Shown here in pieces: positions 26,730 to 35,530 of a DNA stretch of 64,000 nt; the first letter of the stretch is position 1, and each line of letters starts with the position of its first letter. A program made the position numbers and the translations under genes. Source of the DNA: an uncultured Gammaproteobacteria bacterium (lineage in GTDB: Bacteria; Patescibacteriota; Patescibacteriia; JAHIZJ01); contig CAYJKP010000001.1 of NCBI GenBank assembly GCA_964371245.1, positions 123,042 through 187,041 of the forward strand. The letters run 5' to 3'. The notes under the pieces were generated by a model. It saw nothing but the letters and a program-made list of their open reading frames with translations, was not told the origin of the DNA and searched no databases.

Positions 26730-27905
26730 ATGGTAGACATCAATTTACTCGACGACACCACGGGTGAGGGGGATGAGAATAAGAATAAAAAGGCGAAAAA
26801 ACCTCCCGAACGGATAGAATATACGAAACCGTCGATCGAGCCGAAAGAAAACGAACAAGACGCAAAAGTAAAAAGTGGTTTGCTGGGCGGAATATTCAAG
26901 AAAAAAACCGTCTCGACAGCGGGCGCAGAATTGCCACCACCGACACCTTTATCTCGACCAACGGCAAAGCCGATCGAGACTCGTTCAGTACCGAGAGAAA
27001 CACCGGCTGTCACGAGCGAGAGTCTGCCGTCGACGAAGCCGAAAACAGGGATTTTTGGAAACTGGTTTGGTCGCCGGCCAGCCCCAGCAAATCCGCCGAC
27101 TTCAGCAACAACACCGAGTCTTCCAGGTGGGAGTGCCGAGGCGCGGTTTCGAGCGTCCTATGCCCAGAAAGAAAAGGTGAAAAAGACAGATAGCCAGGTG
27201 CTGGAAGAAAAGGTAATCTCATCCAAACAACCACGCGCGTTGCCGGTCGAAGAGCCGCCGACAGAAGAGAAGTCGTCATTCCTTGACGTCAACCTTATGC
27301 CGGCCGATCTCATGGTCGAGCTTGAGCCGAGAAAGAAATTGTTACTGTATGCGATTGTCACTGGAATTTCCATCGCATTTGTGGCGGCGATCTATTTTGG
27401 CCTGCAATTCTATGAAAGCCGGATACAAAAAGATGTCGAACAAACCTCGGGACAGATAGCAGAAGTGGAGAAAAGTATTGCCGCTCTCAGAAAAGAGCAA
27501 TCGGCGGCGATCCTCTTAAAATCACGCACTGATCAGGTAAAGGAAGCCTTAGACAAACATGTTCACTGGACGAATTTTTTCAGCAAACTCGAGGCCAACA
27601 CGATCAGTGATGTCCAGTATGATAGTTTTGCCGGGTCGTTTGCGGGCGGAAGCAATCCCACGTTTTCATTAAATGCGGTTGGTCGTGATTATAGCTCTAT
27701 CGCACGCCAAATTAAAGCTTTTGAGGATCCAAAGGCAGCCGACTTCATTGCCAGCGTGCGCGTCGACCGCGGCGAACGGACGATTCCCCAAACCGCTGAT
27801 GAAAAGGAGTATGTCCGATTTGGCATCCAGTTTACTGTCTTAGAAAGTCTCTTTTATGACACCGAGAACAGTGTTAGCTCGACCGGTGTCGGAGGGGAGG
27901 AATAA
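26730..27905 (+). CDS. pilN: PilN-like pilus assembly protein with a long disordered N-terminal extension
   Basis: Starts MVDINLLDD (INLL PilM-binding motif), single TM (LLLYAIVTGISIAFVAAIYFGL), then a coiled-coil/PilN-like periplasmic part. ~190 aa of low-complexity sequence sit between the motif and the TM. Confidence 0.6.
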   Translation: MVDINLLDDTTGEGDENKNKKAKKPPERIEYTKPSIEPKENEQDAKVKSGLLGGIFKKKTVSTAGAELPPPTPLSRPTAKPIETRSVPRETPAVTSESLPSTKPKTGIFGNWFGRRPAPANPPTSATTPSLPGGSAEARFRASYAQKEKVKKTDSQVLEEKVISSKQPRALPVEEPPTEEKSSFLDVNLMPADLMVELEPRKKLLLYAIVTGISIAFVAAIYFGLQFYESRIQKDVEQTSGQIAEVEKSIAALRKEQSAAILLKSRTDQVKEALDKHVHWTNFFSKLEANTISDVQYDSFAGSFAGGSNPTFSLNAVGRDYSSIARQIKAFEDPKAADFIASVRVDRGERTIPQTADEKEYVRFGIQFTVLESLFYDTENSVSSTGVGGEE

Positions 27906-27909
27906 TACC

Positions 27910-28620
27910 ATGTCGACTGCATCACAATTAGGCAAAACAGTTCTCTATCTATTCTTCAAGAAACACAAGATTGTTTCAGGCATATTAGTAGTGCTTATTC
28001 TCACGATCGGATCATTGGCGTTTCTGGTACCAAAATATCAAGTGATCCGCAATCAAGGATTGCTTAGCTCCGGGAATAAGAAGAAACAACTGACCGAGCG
28101 GCAAAATTATCTTGATCGGCTCCAAAAAATGGTTAATCTCTATCGCGGTATCCAAAAAACCGACCTGGATAAGCTCCAGCAGATCCTCCCGGACAGTCAA
28201 GAGGTTCCGGAGCTTTTCGTAATGATTGATCAGATCGGCAAGGATCTCTCGAGTAAAGGCGTGAACGTAACGATCACGCGTATCTCGCTGACGCCCCAAA
28301 CACTCGCGTCGACCAATGTCAGCGCGCCGGCAGGTGATTATAATCAAAATCGCCAAGGCGGAGTTTCGAGCCTGCTGAGCCCGATAACGGGGACAAATCC
28401 CGCACTGGCGACGCCGTCAGCCGTAAAAACGTACCAAATCGGAAAAATCAACGCAGTAGTTGACATGTCGGTCCGTGACCTTACCTACACAGCGTACAAG
28501 AAAATACTCGAAAGCCTGGAAAATAATATGCGCCTGTTTAATATAACCAGCATTAATTACCTGCCGGGCGCTGAGTCAGTGTCATTTAATCTCGAAACCT
28601 ATTATCTCTCATCGTCATAA
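27910..28620 (+). CDS. pilO: PilO-like pilus assembly protein
   Basis: N-terminal TM (ILVVLILTIGSLAFLV), coiled coil, position after pilN. Start ATG 27910 with GGAGG RBS; the ORF-track start at 27856 overlaps pilN. Confidence 0.55.
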   Translation: MSTASQLGKTVLYLFFKKHKIVSGILVVLILTIGSLAFLVPKYQVIRNQGLLSSGNKKKQLTERQNYLDRLQKMVNLYRGIQKTDLDKLQQILPDSQEVPELFVMIDQIGKDLSSKGVNVTITRISLTPQTLASTNVSAPAGDYNQNRQGGVSSLLSPITGTNPALATPSAVKTYQIGKINAVVDMSVRDLTYTAYKKILESLENNMRLFNITSINYLPGAESVSFNLETYYLSSS

Positions 28621-28638
28621 TTGGAGGAGGTTTAAACT

Positions 28639-28956
28639 ATGGCCCTTGTACAAAAAAGATTAGCCCCAAAAAAGAGAAACCTTCTGGCCATCATTGTCGT
28701 GGCATTTATTGGCATATCAGCCGTGCTGGTGATACAGAATTATTGGAAGCCGGGTGTCACGACACCGACTGATGACGGTTCATCCGAAACCCTCAACGTC
28801 CGCGACGTGCCTATTTACACCGATCTCGGCGTCGATGTCTTACAGGACGTGCGTTGGCAGGAGCTGAAAATGCCAAAGATGACACTCCCGATCGAGCCCG
28901 GCGTGGTCGGTCGCGCGAACCCCTTTGTTGACGCGCCGCCAAAATCGACCCAGTAA
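28639..28956 (+). CDS. small membrane-anchored hypothetical protein (position analogous to pilP)
   Basis: TM (LLAIIVVAFIGISAVLVI) followed by ~70 aa; RBS GGAGG upstream. Confidence 0.4.
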   Translation: MALVQKRLAPKKRNLLAIIVVAFIGISAVLVIQNYWKPGVTTPTDDGSSETLNVRDVPIYTDLGVDVLQDVRWQELKMPKMTLPIEPGVVGRANPFVDAPPKSTQ

Positions 28957-28970
28957 TACATCGCAAACAC

Positions 28971-30737
28971 ATGGGCGACAACCCGATCGCGAATAATCCA
29001 TCCGCCAGACTCAATTTTTTAGACTACCTTGTCAAAGGCAGTCTTGCGACGGCTGAGCAGATTGAGGAATGGAAGCGCAACGCTCGTTCAAAAAACATGA
29101 GCGTTATTGAGATAATCGAAGACGCCCAGGTTATTAAAGACGACGCGCTGCTCCAAGCGAAAAGCGAAGCCTACTCGCTGCCATCGGTCGATCTTTTTGG
29201 TCGCGTGGTCACGCCCGATGTGTTGCGCGTTATCCCTCAGGAAATCGCCACGAATTATAAAATCATCTGTTTCGCGCAAAGCGGCAAAGAGGTGAGCATC
29301 GGCATGGTTGACCCTGGCAACTATAAAGCGATCGAAGCGGTTGAATACATCGCCCGGGAAAATCACTATCAGGTCAAATATTTCATCATTAGTGGAAATT
29401 CATATAAATTCCTCCTCCGTCAATACGAAAGCTTGAGCTCGGAAGTAGCCGAAGCGCTCGAGGGCGCGGGAAATGAGATAGGCGTCGAAGTGGGCGAAAA
29501 GGTAGAAATCGCTGAAAAAGGTTTTGAAGAAGTAGTTCGTTCAGCGCCGGTGGCGAAAATGGTGAATGTTATTTTGGAGCATGCCGTTGAAGGGAAGGCC
29601 TCAGATGTCCATATTGAACCGCTGGCCGAAGACACCCGGGTACGGTATCGGATCGATGGTATTTTACATACTTCGTTGATTTTACCGAAAACGGTTCATT
29701 CCTCGATTGTCGCGCGCATCAAAGTATTGGCCAACCTGAAAATCGACGAAACACGCGTACCGCAAGACGGACGGTTTCGAAGAAAGTTTGAAACGGGCGA
29801 TGTTGATTTCCGTGTTTCTACGTTGCCCGTCGTCGGGAACGAGAAGGTGGTGATGCGGATACTCGACACCTCGTCAAACGTTCTTGATTTGGAACGGCTT
29901 GGCTTCTGGGGCAAGAGCTTGGAAAAAATGATTGATAATATCGACCGGCCGCACGGCATGTTCTTGATTACTGGGCCGACCGGTTCCGGAAAATCGACCA
30001 CCCTCTATGCCTTGCTGCATATATTGAACGAGGATTCCGTCAATATTATCACCCTCGAAGATCCGGTCGAGTATTACCAAAAAGGGGTCAATCAATCTCA
30101 GGTGAATCCCGAAGTCGGCCTCACCTTCGCGCGCGGCTTACGGTCTATTCTGCGTCAGGATCCGGACATTATCATGGTTGGCGAGATACGCGACAGTGAA
30201 ACCGCTGAATTGGCTGTCCATGCCAGCTTGACGGGTCATATCGTGCTCTCGACGCTGCATACCAACGATGCCTTCGGCGCGGTGCCGCGCTTGGTCGACA
30301 TGAAAATAGAACCCTTTCTATTAACCTCATCGCTCAACCTGGTCATGGCCCAACGCTTGGTCCGACGCCTGTGCGATTATTGCAAAGAGGAGATGGTGCT
30401 GCCGAAGCGCTATGAAGATGAGGCCTTCCGGACATTATCGCTCTTGCCAAAAGACGCCATGCCGAAGAATTTCAAACTGGCCAAGCCGATGAAATTCTAT
30501 AAAGGGAAAGGTTGCGCTCGCTGCGAAAATACCGGCTACAAGGGCCGCGTCGCCTTAGCCGAGATACTCGAAGTCACCGAGGAATTGAAACGTATCATTT
30601 TGGCTGGGTCAGACCAGGATAAGATCAAAGAAGAGTTCAAGCGACAAGGGATGCACTCAATGCTCCAGGATGGTTTTATCAAGGCGATCCAGGGTCTGAC
30701 CACGATCGAAGAAATAATGAAAGTTACCAAAGAATAA
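28971..30737 (+). CDS. pilB: type IV pilus assembly ATPase PilB (GspE family)
   Basis: T2SSE_N-like N-terminus, Walker A GPTGSGKSTT, Asp/His boxes, tetra-Cys motif (CDYC...CARC). Confidence 0.9.
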   Translation: MGDNPIANNPSARLNFLDYLVKGSLATAEQIEEWKRNARSKNMSVIEIIEDAQVIKDDALLQAKSEAYSLPSVDLFGRVVTPDVLRVIPQEIATNYKIICFAQSGKEVSIGMVDPGNYKAIEAVEYIARENHYQVKYFIISGNSYKFLLRQYESLSSEVAEALEGAGNEIGVEVGEKVEIAEKGFEEVVRSAPVAKMVNVILEHAVEGKASDVHIEPLAEDTRVRYRIDGILHTSLILPKTVHSSIVARIKVLANLKIDETRVPQDGRFRRKFETGDVDFRVSTLPVVGNEKVVMRILDTSSNVLDLERLGFWGKSLEKMIDNIDRPHGMFLITGPTGSGKSTTLYALLHILNEDSVNIITLEDPVEYYQKGVNQSQVNPEVGLTFARGLRSILRQDPDIIMVGEIRDSETAELAVHASLTGHIVLSTLHTNDAFGAVPRLVDMKIEPFLLTSSLNLVMAQRLVRRLCDYCKEEMVLPKRYEDEAFRTLSLLPKDAMPKNFKLAKPMKFYKGKGCARCENTGYKGRVALAEILEVTEELKRIILAGSDQDKIKEEFKRQGMHSMLQDGFIKAIQGLTTIEEIMKVTKE

Positions 30738-30749
30738 TCGTTCATCCGT

Positions 30750-31175
30750 ATGGCACCGAGCGAGAAAACAACAAAAAAAGAGAGTCTGAGTCGAGGCAAA
30801 CGGAAAATCCTGCTCGTTGAGGACGACACCTTTATTTCCGGAATGTATATTGCCAAGCTTGCTCTCGAAAACTTCGATGTCCTGCTGGCAACTGACGGGG
30901 AGATGGGCTTAGAATTCGCTCGGAAACAAAAGCCCGATTTAATCCTGCTTGACCTGATGCTGCCGAAGCTTGACGGCTACGGCGTGCTCAAGGTGTTAAA
31001 GAAAAGTCCGGCCCTCGCCAAGATTCCGGTCATACTCCTGACGAACTTAAATCAGCAGGAATCGATCGACAAGGCCAGGAAATACCAGATTGAAGATTAT
31101 CTCATCAAAGCGCATTTCATGCCGTCCGAGGTCATCGAAAAGGTGAAAGTCGTGTTGCGTAAATACCGACGCTAA
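30750..31175 (+). CDS. CheY-like single-domain response regulator (REC only; PilH/PilG-like position)
   Basis: KILLVEDD...DLILLDLMLPKLDG...K conserved REC residues; 141 aa; sits between pilB and pilT. Confidence 0.8.
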   Translation: MAPSEKTTKKESLSRGKRKILLVEDDTFISGMYIAKLALENFDVLLATDGEMGLEFARKQKPDLILLDLMLPKLDGYGVLKVLKKSPALAKIPVILLTNLNQQESIDKARKYQIEDYLIKAHFMPSEVIEKVKVVLRKYRR

Positions 31176-31180
31176 AAACC

Positions 31181-32257
31181 ATGCCAGACACAACCACCCA
31201 ACTCGGTTTATCAAAACTGCTCAGCCAAGTGGCCGAATACAAGGCCTCGGCCTTGCATTTATCTGTCGGCAATCCGCCGATTCTCCGGGTCGATGAAAAA
31301 CTTCTGCCGATCGAAAGCGAAGGCATCATGACACCCGACCGGATAGAGAAGATCGCGTTTTCGTTCTTAAACGCTGATCAAAAAGCCGAGCTTGAGGCGC
31401 AGAAAGAAATTGTCTTCACATATTCCTTCGAGGAACGAGCGCGTTTTAAAGTGAGTATTTTCTATCAAAAAGGCTATCTGTCCGTCTCCTTGCGCTATAT
31501 CCCGACCGTGGTGCCGACGCTCCATGAGCTCGGCCTGCCCTCGATCGTCGAACGGTTTACTCATCTGAAAAAGGGCTTGGTGCTGGTGACCGGCCCCTTC
31601 GGCTCAGGCAAGACAACAACACTGGCCTCACTCGTTGATGCTATCAATCAGAGTCGGTCAGAATACATCATTTCCATTGAACGGCCAATCGAGTATCTTT
31701 TCACAAATAATAAAAGCATTGTCGAACAGCGCGAGGTCGGTCGAGACACGCAGAGTATCCAGAAGGCGCTCTTCAATATCCCGCAAGAGGACATGAATGT
31801 GGTGATGATTTCCGAGATGGAAACACCCGAAATTATGGAGCTTGTCTTCACGGTTGTTGAATCAGGCCGCCTGGTGTTCTCTTCGATGAATACCGACTCA
31901 GCCTATAAGACGATTGAGCGGATCATCAATAGCTTCCCAGATCAAAAACACGAGCAAATACGTCTCCAATTGGCTGACGCGCTCGAAGGGGTGATCAGCC
32001 AGCGTTTATTGCCGCGCGTCGGCGGTGGGAAAGTTGTGGCGGCGGAAATATTAGTCCCGGCGCCGGCCGTCAAGGCGATCATGAAGGAGGGCTCCATTTA
32101 TCAGCTCAATACAATACTCCAGACCTCTCGAGAAGAGGGGATGATCTCGCTTGATCGCGCACTGGCCGACCTCGTGAAAGCGGGGGACGTCCTGATGGAA
32201 GACGCGCTGGCCCATGCCGTCGATAAGAACGGTTTTAAAATGATGATTCGTATATAA
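31181..32257 (+). CDS. pilT: twitching-motility pilus retraction ATPase PilT
   Basis: Walker A GPFGSGKTTT, PilT-type Asp/His box, 358 aa. Confidence 0.9.
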   Translation: MPDTTTQLGLSKLLSQVAEYKASALHLSVGNPPILRVDEKLLPIESEGIMTPDRIEKIAFSFLNADQKAELEAQKEIVFTYSFEERARFKVSIFYQKGYLSVSLRYIPTVVPTLHELGLPSIVERFTHLKKGLVLVTGPFGSGKTTTLASLVDAINQSRSEYIISIERPIEYLFTNNKSIVEQREVGRDTQSIQKALFNIPQEDMNVVMISEMETPEIMELVFTVVESGRLVFSSMNTDSAYKTIERIINSFPDQKHEQIRLQLADALEGVISQRLLPRVGGGKVVAAEILVPAPAVKAIMKEGSIYQLNTILQTSREEGMISLDRALADLVKAGDVLMEDALAHAVDKNGFKMMIRI

Positions 32258-32260
32258 CCT

Positions 32261-33469
32261 ATGGCAATTTTTGATTATCGAGCTAAAGATCACCAAGGCA
32301 ACACTGTTTCCGGCGTGATCGAGGCGCCGACTGAGAACGTGGCGGCCGAACTTTTGACCGAGCGGCGGTATATTATTTTAAATCTCGCGCCGCGACGAAA
32401 AGCCGTCCTCTTTCAGAGCTCGCTCGGGTTTTTGAATCGCGTCCCCATGCGGGAAGTCGTGATCTTTTCGCGTCAGCTCGCGGTCATGATCAACACGGCC
32501 GTACCAATCGTCCAGGCGCTTCGGATCCTCGTGAAACAAACCAAGACGGTTGCTTTTAAAATTATTATCTCGGAGATTGCCGACGAGGTTGACGGTGGGG
32601 CAAAACTCTCAACCGCGCTGAGCCGGTACCCGCAAGTGTATTCAGAATTTTTCGTACACATGATTCGATCGGGTGAAACAACGGGCAAACTCGATGAAAC
32701 CCTGAATTATCTCGCTGACCAGCTGGAGAAGGACTATGATCTCAACAGCCGGATCAAGGGCGCGATGATCTACCCGGCCTTCATCCTGACGGCTATTGTC
32801 GGTGTCGGTATCGTGATGATGATTTATGTCATACCAAAACTGACCGCCGTGTTGGAAGAAAGCGGGACCAAACTTCCCTGGTCGACAAAGCTCATGATTA
32901 ATACGAGCAAATTTCTGAAACAGGACTGGTGGCTCGTGGTCTTGATACTGATTGGGCTCGGTTTTCTCTATCGTCTGATTACGCACACCAACGCTGGCCG
33001 GCGGCAAATGGATGCGATGAAGATACGGATGCCGATCTTTGGCAATTTGTTCCAAAAAATATATTTGACCCGGTTTACGCGGAGCATTGCCACGCTCATC
33101 ATGGGCGGCATCCCGCTGTCCCGGACCCTGGAAATAGTGGCTGACATCGTTGGAAATAGCGTCTATAAGGAGTTGACCCTCGATACAATCGCGGTGATCG
33201 AGGATGGCAGCTCGATCGCCACCTTGTTCGCGAAGAGCCGTGATGTCCCGCCGATGCTGACGCAAATGATGACGGTCGGCGAGCAAACCGGGAAGCTCGA
33301 CGTGATTTTGTCGAAATTGTCAGATTTTTATTCAAAAGAGGTGGATAATCTCATCCGCAATCTCGTCTCGTTGATGGAACCGGTGATCATGTTGGTTTTG
33401 GCGATCGGCGTCGCCGTACTGGTCATGGCCATATTGTTACCCATGTATAACCTATCGTCGGCGATATAA
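32261..33469 (+). CDS. pilC: type IV pilus inner-membrane platform protein PilC (GspF family)
   Basis: Two GspF repeats, TM helices, 402 aa. Confidence 0.9.
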   Translation: MAIFDYRAKDHQGNTVSGVIEAPTENVAAELLTERRYIILNLAPRRKAVLFQSSLGFLNRVPMREVVIFSRQLAVMINTAVPIVQALRILVKQTKTVAFKIIISEIADEVDGGAKLSTALSRYPQVYSEFFVHMIRSGETTGKLDETLNYLADQLEKDYDLNSRIKGAMIYPAFILTAIVGVGIVMMIYVIPKLTAVLEESGTKLPWSTKLMINTSKFLKQDWWLVVLILIGLGFLYRLITHTNAGRRQMDAMKIRMPIFGNLFQKIYLTRFTRSIATLIMGGIPLSRTLEIVADIVGNSVYKELTLDTIAVIEDGSSIATLFAKSRDVPPMLTQMMTVGEQTGKLDVILSKLSDFYSKEVDNLIRNLVSLMEPVIMLVLAIGVAVLVMAILLPMYNLSSAI

Positions 33470-33493
33470 TATTTGCATTGGCTAAATTTGACA

Positions 33494-33522
33494 TTGTTCT
33501 TTTCCAATAATTGTGCTATAAT
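33494..33522 (+). promoter_or_regulatory. putative promoter of pilin gene 1 (-35 TTGTTC, 17-nt spacer, extended -10 TGcTATAAT)
   Basis: TATAAT at 33517-33522 preceded by TGn; ~115-nt 5' UTR ending in an AAAGGGGG RBS. Confidence 0.45.
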
Positions 33523-33637
33523 ATAGCATAGTGAGCTGTGATGATAACGGATATAGGTCGATTTATAATAATTTACCATCATGCTTTTAGGCTGGTTCTA
33601 GAGTGGCCTAAAGGCCTCAACGAAAGGGGGTGAACAA

Positions 33638-34183
33638 ATGAAAAACAAAAAAGGTTTTACTTTGATTGAGTTACTCGTGGTCATCGCGATCATCGGGTTA
33701 CTCGCCTCACTCGCTCTCGTCGCCTTAGGCGGCGCGCAGAAGAAAGCACGTAATTCCAAGCGCATGGCTGACATCCGGACGCTCCAATCGGCGATCGAAC
33801 TTTGTATCAACGAAGGCGGTCGCGTACCGACCGACCCAGCAGACTGGGGAGGCCTAGCGGATGCTGTTTGTGCGGAAGCACCTGCAACTTCACCAACAGT
33901 CGGACAATTTCTAGCATCAACTGCGGTTCCAACGCCACCTCAATCGTGCACGGCTTGGGCGACGGGTGATTGTTATGCGTATTGTGCGCAACCAGCTAAT
34001 AGCATCTATCTATTGGCTGCCCGCATGGAAGGCTCTGACGACATATCGGGTGACAACGACACTAATACCCTCTATGCCGCAGGTGAATGCATGAATAGTA
34101 ACGACAATCCGAATGCCGGTGCCCTCTTGGCTGCCTTTTGCGATGATGGCGGCACGAACTCAATGTTCTGTCTCGGTAAATAG
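33638..34183 (+). CDS. pilA: type IV pilin (prepilin with class III signal; probable major pilin 1)
   Basis: MKNKKG|FTLIELLVVIAIIGLLASLAL prepilin leader and N-methylation/cleavage motif; C-terminal region has 8 Cys and ends in FCLGK. Confidence 0.85.
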   Translation: MKNKKGFTLIELLVVIAIIGLLASLALVALGGAQKKARNSKRMADIRTLQSAIELCINEGGRVPTDPADWGGLADAVCAEAPATSPTVGQFLASTAVPTPPQSCTAWATGDCYAYCAQPANSIYLLAARMEGSDDISGDNDTNTLYAAGECMNSNDNPNAGALLAAFCDDGGTNSMFCLGK

Positions 34184-34203
34184 GATCGGATAGCAAATAC
34201 TAT

Positions 34204-34230
34204 AAAAGGGGACTCGTTCCCCTTTTATAG
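34204..34230 (+). terminator. rho-independent terminator after pilin 1 (AAAAGGGGA-ctcgt-TCCCCTTTT + T)
   Basis: 9-bp stem followed by TTTTAT. Followed by GATATAAT (34256-34263), a likely -10 for pilin 2. Confidence 0.6.
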
Positions 34231-34286
34231 TGCCTATGTTCTCGTTCCTGAATCTATGATATAATCATATCATGAGTACCCACAGG

Positions 34287-34844
34287 ATGAAGACGCGGAT
34301 ATCACATGGATTTACCCTAATAGAGCTGCTTGTCGTCATTGCGATCATCGGCCTTTTGTCGACATTAGCCCTCATGGCATTCCAGGGCGCACAGAAGAAA
34401 GCGCGTGATGCCAAACGCTGGTCAGATGTTCGGGCGATGCAGTCGGCGATTGAGCTGTGCATCAATGAGGGCGGGGCCGCGCCAGCTGCAGCGGCCACCT
34501 GGTCAGGCATGATGAATGAATCCTGCGGCGGCACTACGCTACTCAAGAATTATTTCGCGAATGGCTCTCTCCCAGAACCGCCACGCGGAGAGACGTGCGC
34601 GGCAACAATGGCGGACGAGGAAGATTGTTATATGTACTGCAAAAAGACAAGCCGAGACAACTATATTCTCTACTCAAACTATGAGGGAACAGCACCGGCT
34701 GGCGGCGAAAATGGAGCCGTGAGTAATTACGATCCGGGAACCGAATGCATTTTAAGCAATAATGACCGTCCAAACGCGCTGCCAACCTGTTCGCCGATCG
34801 CTGGCGGCACGTTCTGCCTGGGTAAGCTGGATGGGAATATATAA
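34287..34844 (+). CDS. pilA: type IV pilin paralog (probable major pilin 2)
   Basis: MKTRISHG|FTLIELLVVIAIIGLLSTLAL. The first ~65 aa are nearly identical to pilin 1, the C-terminus diverges but keeps 8 Cys and the FCLGK end. An in-frame ATG at 34272 is an alternative, possibly leaderless, start. Confidence 0.8.
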   Translation: MKTRISHGFTLIELLVVIAIIGLLSTLALMAFQGAQKKARDAKRWSDVRAMQSAIELCINEGGAAPAAAATWSGMMNESCGGTTLLKNYFANGSLPEPPRGETCAATMADEEDCYMYCKKTSRDNYILYSNYEGTAPAGGENGAVSNYDPGTECILSNNDRPNALPTCSPIAGGTFCLGKLDGNI

Positions 34845-34901
34845 ATCCTAGAAGAATCACAAATATATTGACGGGAAATAAATATTTCGCGTCATTTTAT
34901 T

Positions 34902-35426
34902 GTGACACAAAGGAGAATCTATCAAACCGAATACCCGTATTTCGTGACGTTTCGGACGAGCGGCGATAACCCGTTTTTTGAAGAGACGAAACACGCGGCA
35001 TCGTTATCGCGTATTATATTCCAGGCCGGGAAATTAAAAGGATATGACATTTTGTCGTATCAAATCATGCCGGATCATGTGCATTTGTTGATTCATAAAA
35101 TGCCCCAAGCGCACCTCTCCGTGGGTGCGCGCGGTTGTTTAAATGTGAGCGCGGGCGCGGAGACCCGCGCTCGGGGGTATAACATTTCCCAATTCATGTA
35201 TTCGGTGAAATCATATTTTATCAGACAAATACGAGATAAAGATGAAATTATGGACTCGATTTGGCAAAAACGCTTTTACACCCGGATCGTCAATACCCAT
35301 AAATATCTCGAAACAGCGGTGCAATATATCAAACATAACCCGGTCAAAGTATCATTGCCCAAGAAATATTACCGTGCGCCGTATCAATATGTCGATTGGG
35401 AGGCAATCAAGAAGATAATCGGGTAA
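34902..35426 (+). CDS. tnpA: IS200/IS605-family Y1 (HUH) transposase TnpA / REP-associated tyrosine transposase-like
   Basis: HUH motif 'IMPDHVHLLIH' and catalytic-Tyr region 'AVQYIKHNPVK' in a 174-aa protein. No tnpB partner. Confidence 0.7.
   Translation: MTQRRIYQTEYPYFVTFRTSGDNPFFEETKHAASLSRIIFQAGKLKGYDILSYQIMPDHVHLLIHKMPQAHLSVGARGCLNVSAGAETRARGYNISQFMYSVKSYFIRQIRDKDEIMDSIWQKRFYTRIVNTHKYLETAVQYIKHNPVKVSLPKKYYRAPYQYVDWEAIKKIIG
35109..35172. repeat. two GC-rich perfect palindromes (GCGCACC-n8-GGTGCGC and GAGCGCGGG-n8-CCCGCGCTC) embedded in-frame in tnpA
   Basis: Seen directly. Local GC far above the rest of tnpA. Corresponds to an extra ~21-aa segment (VGARGCLNVSAGAETRARGYNI) relative to the usual IS200 TnpA spacing after HVHLL. 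Confidence 0.55.
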
Positions 35427-35530
35427 TTACCATTATTGACTTCCATGGCCACCAATGGTACACATAAGCCGCTGTCCGATAGCCGGATGGCGTGATCATT
35501 CACATTTTCCCAAGGGAGGGGCTGAACCCC

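Larger units (their letters stand above)
34880..35460 (+). mobile_element. IS200-like element or RAYT locus (boundaries approximate)
   Basis: tnpA plus small flanking inverted repeats: GTCAttttattgTGAC upstream, TACCATT...AATGGTA downstream. Confidence 0.4.

Noticed and set aside
33470-33637. Possible ncRNA in the 168-nt pilC-pilA spacer
   Set aside because: The spacer is explained by a promoter (TTGTTC-17-TGcTATAAT) and a long 5' UTR with an RBS. Only a trivial GGCC-taaa-GGCC hairpin is present.
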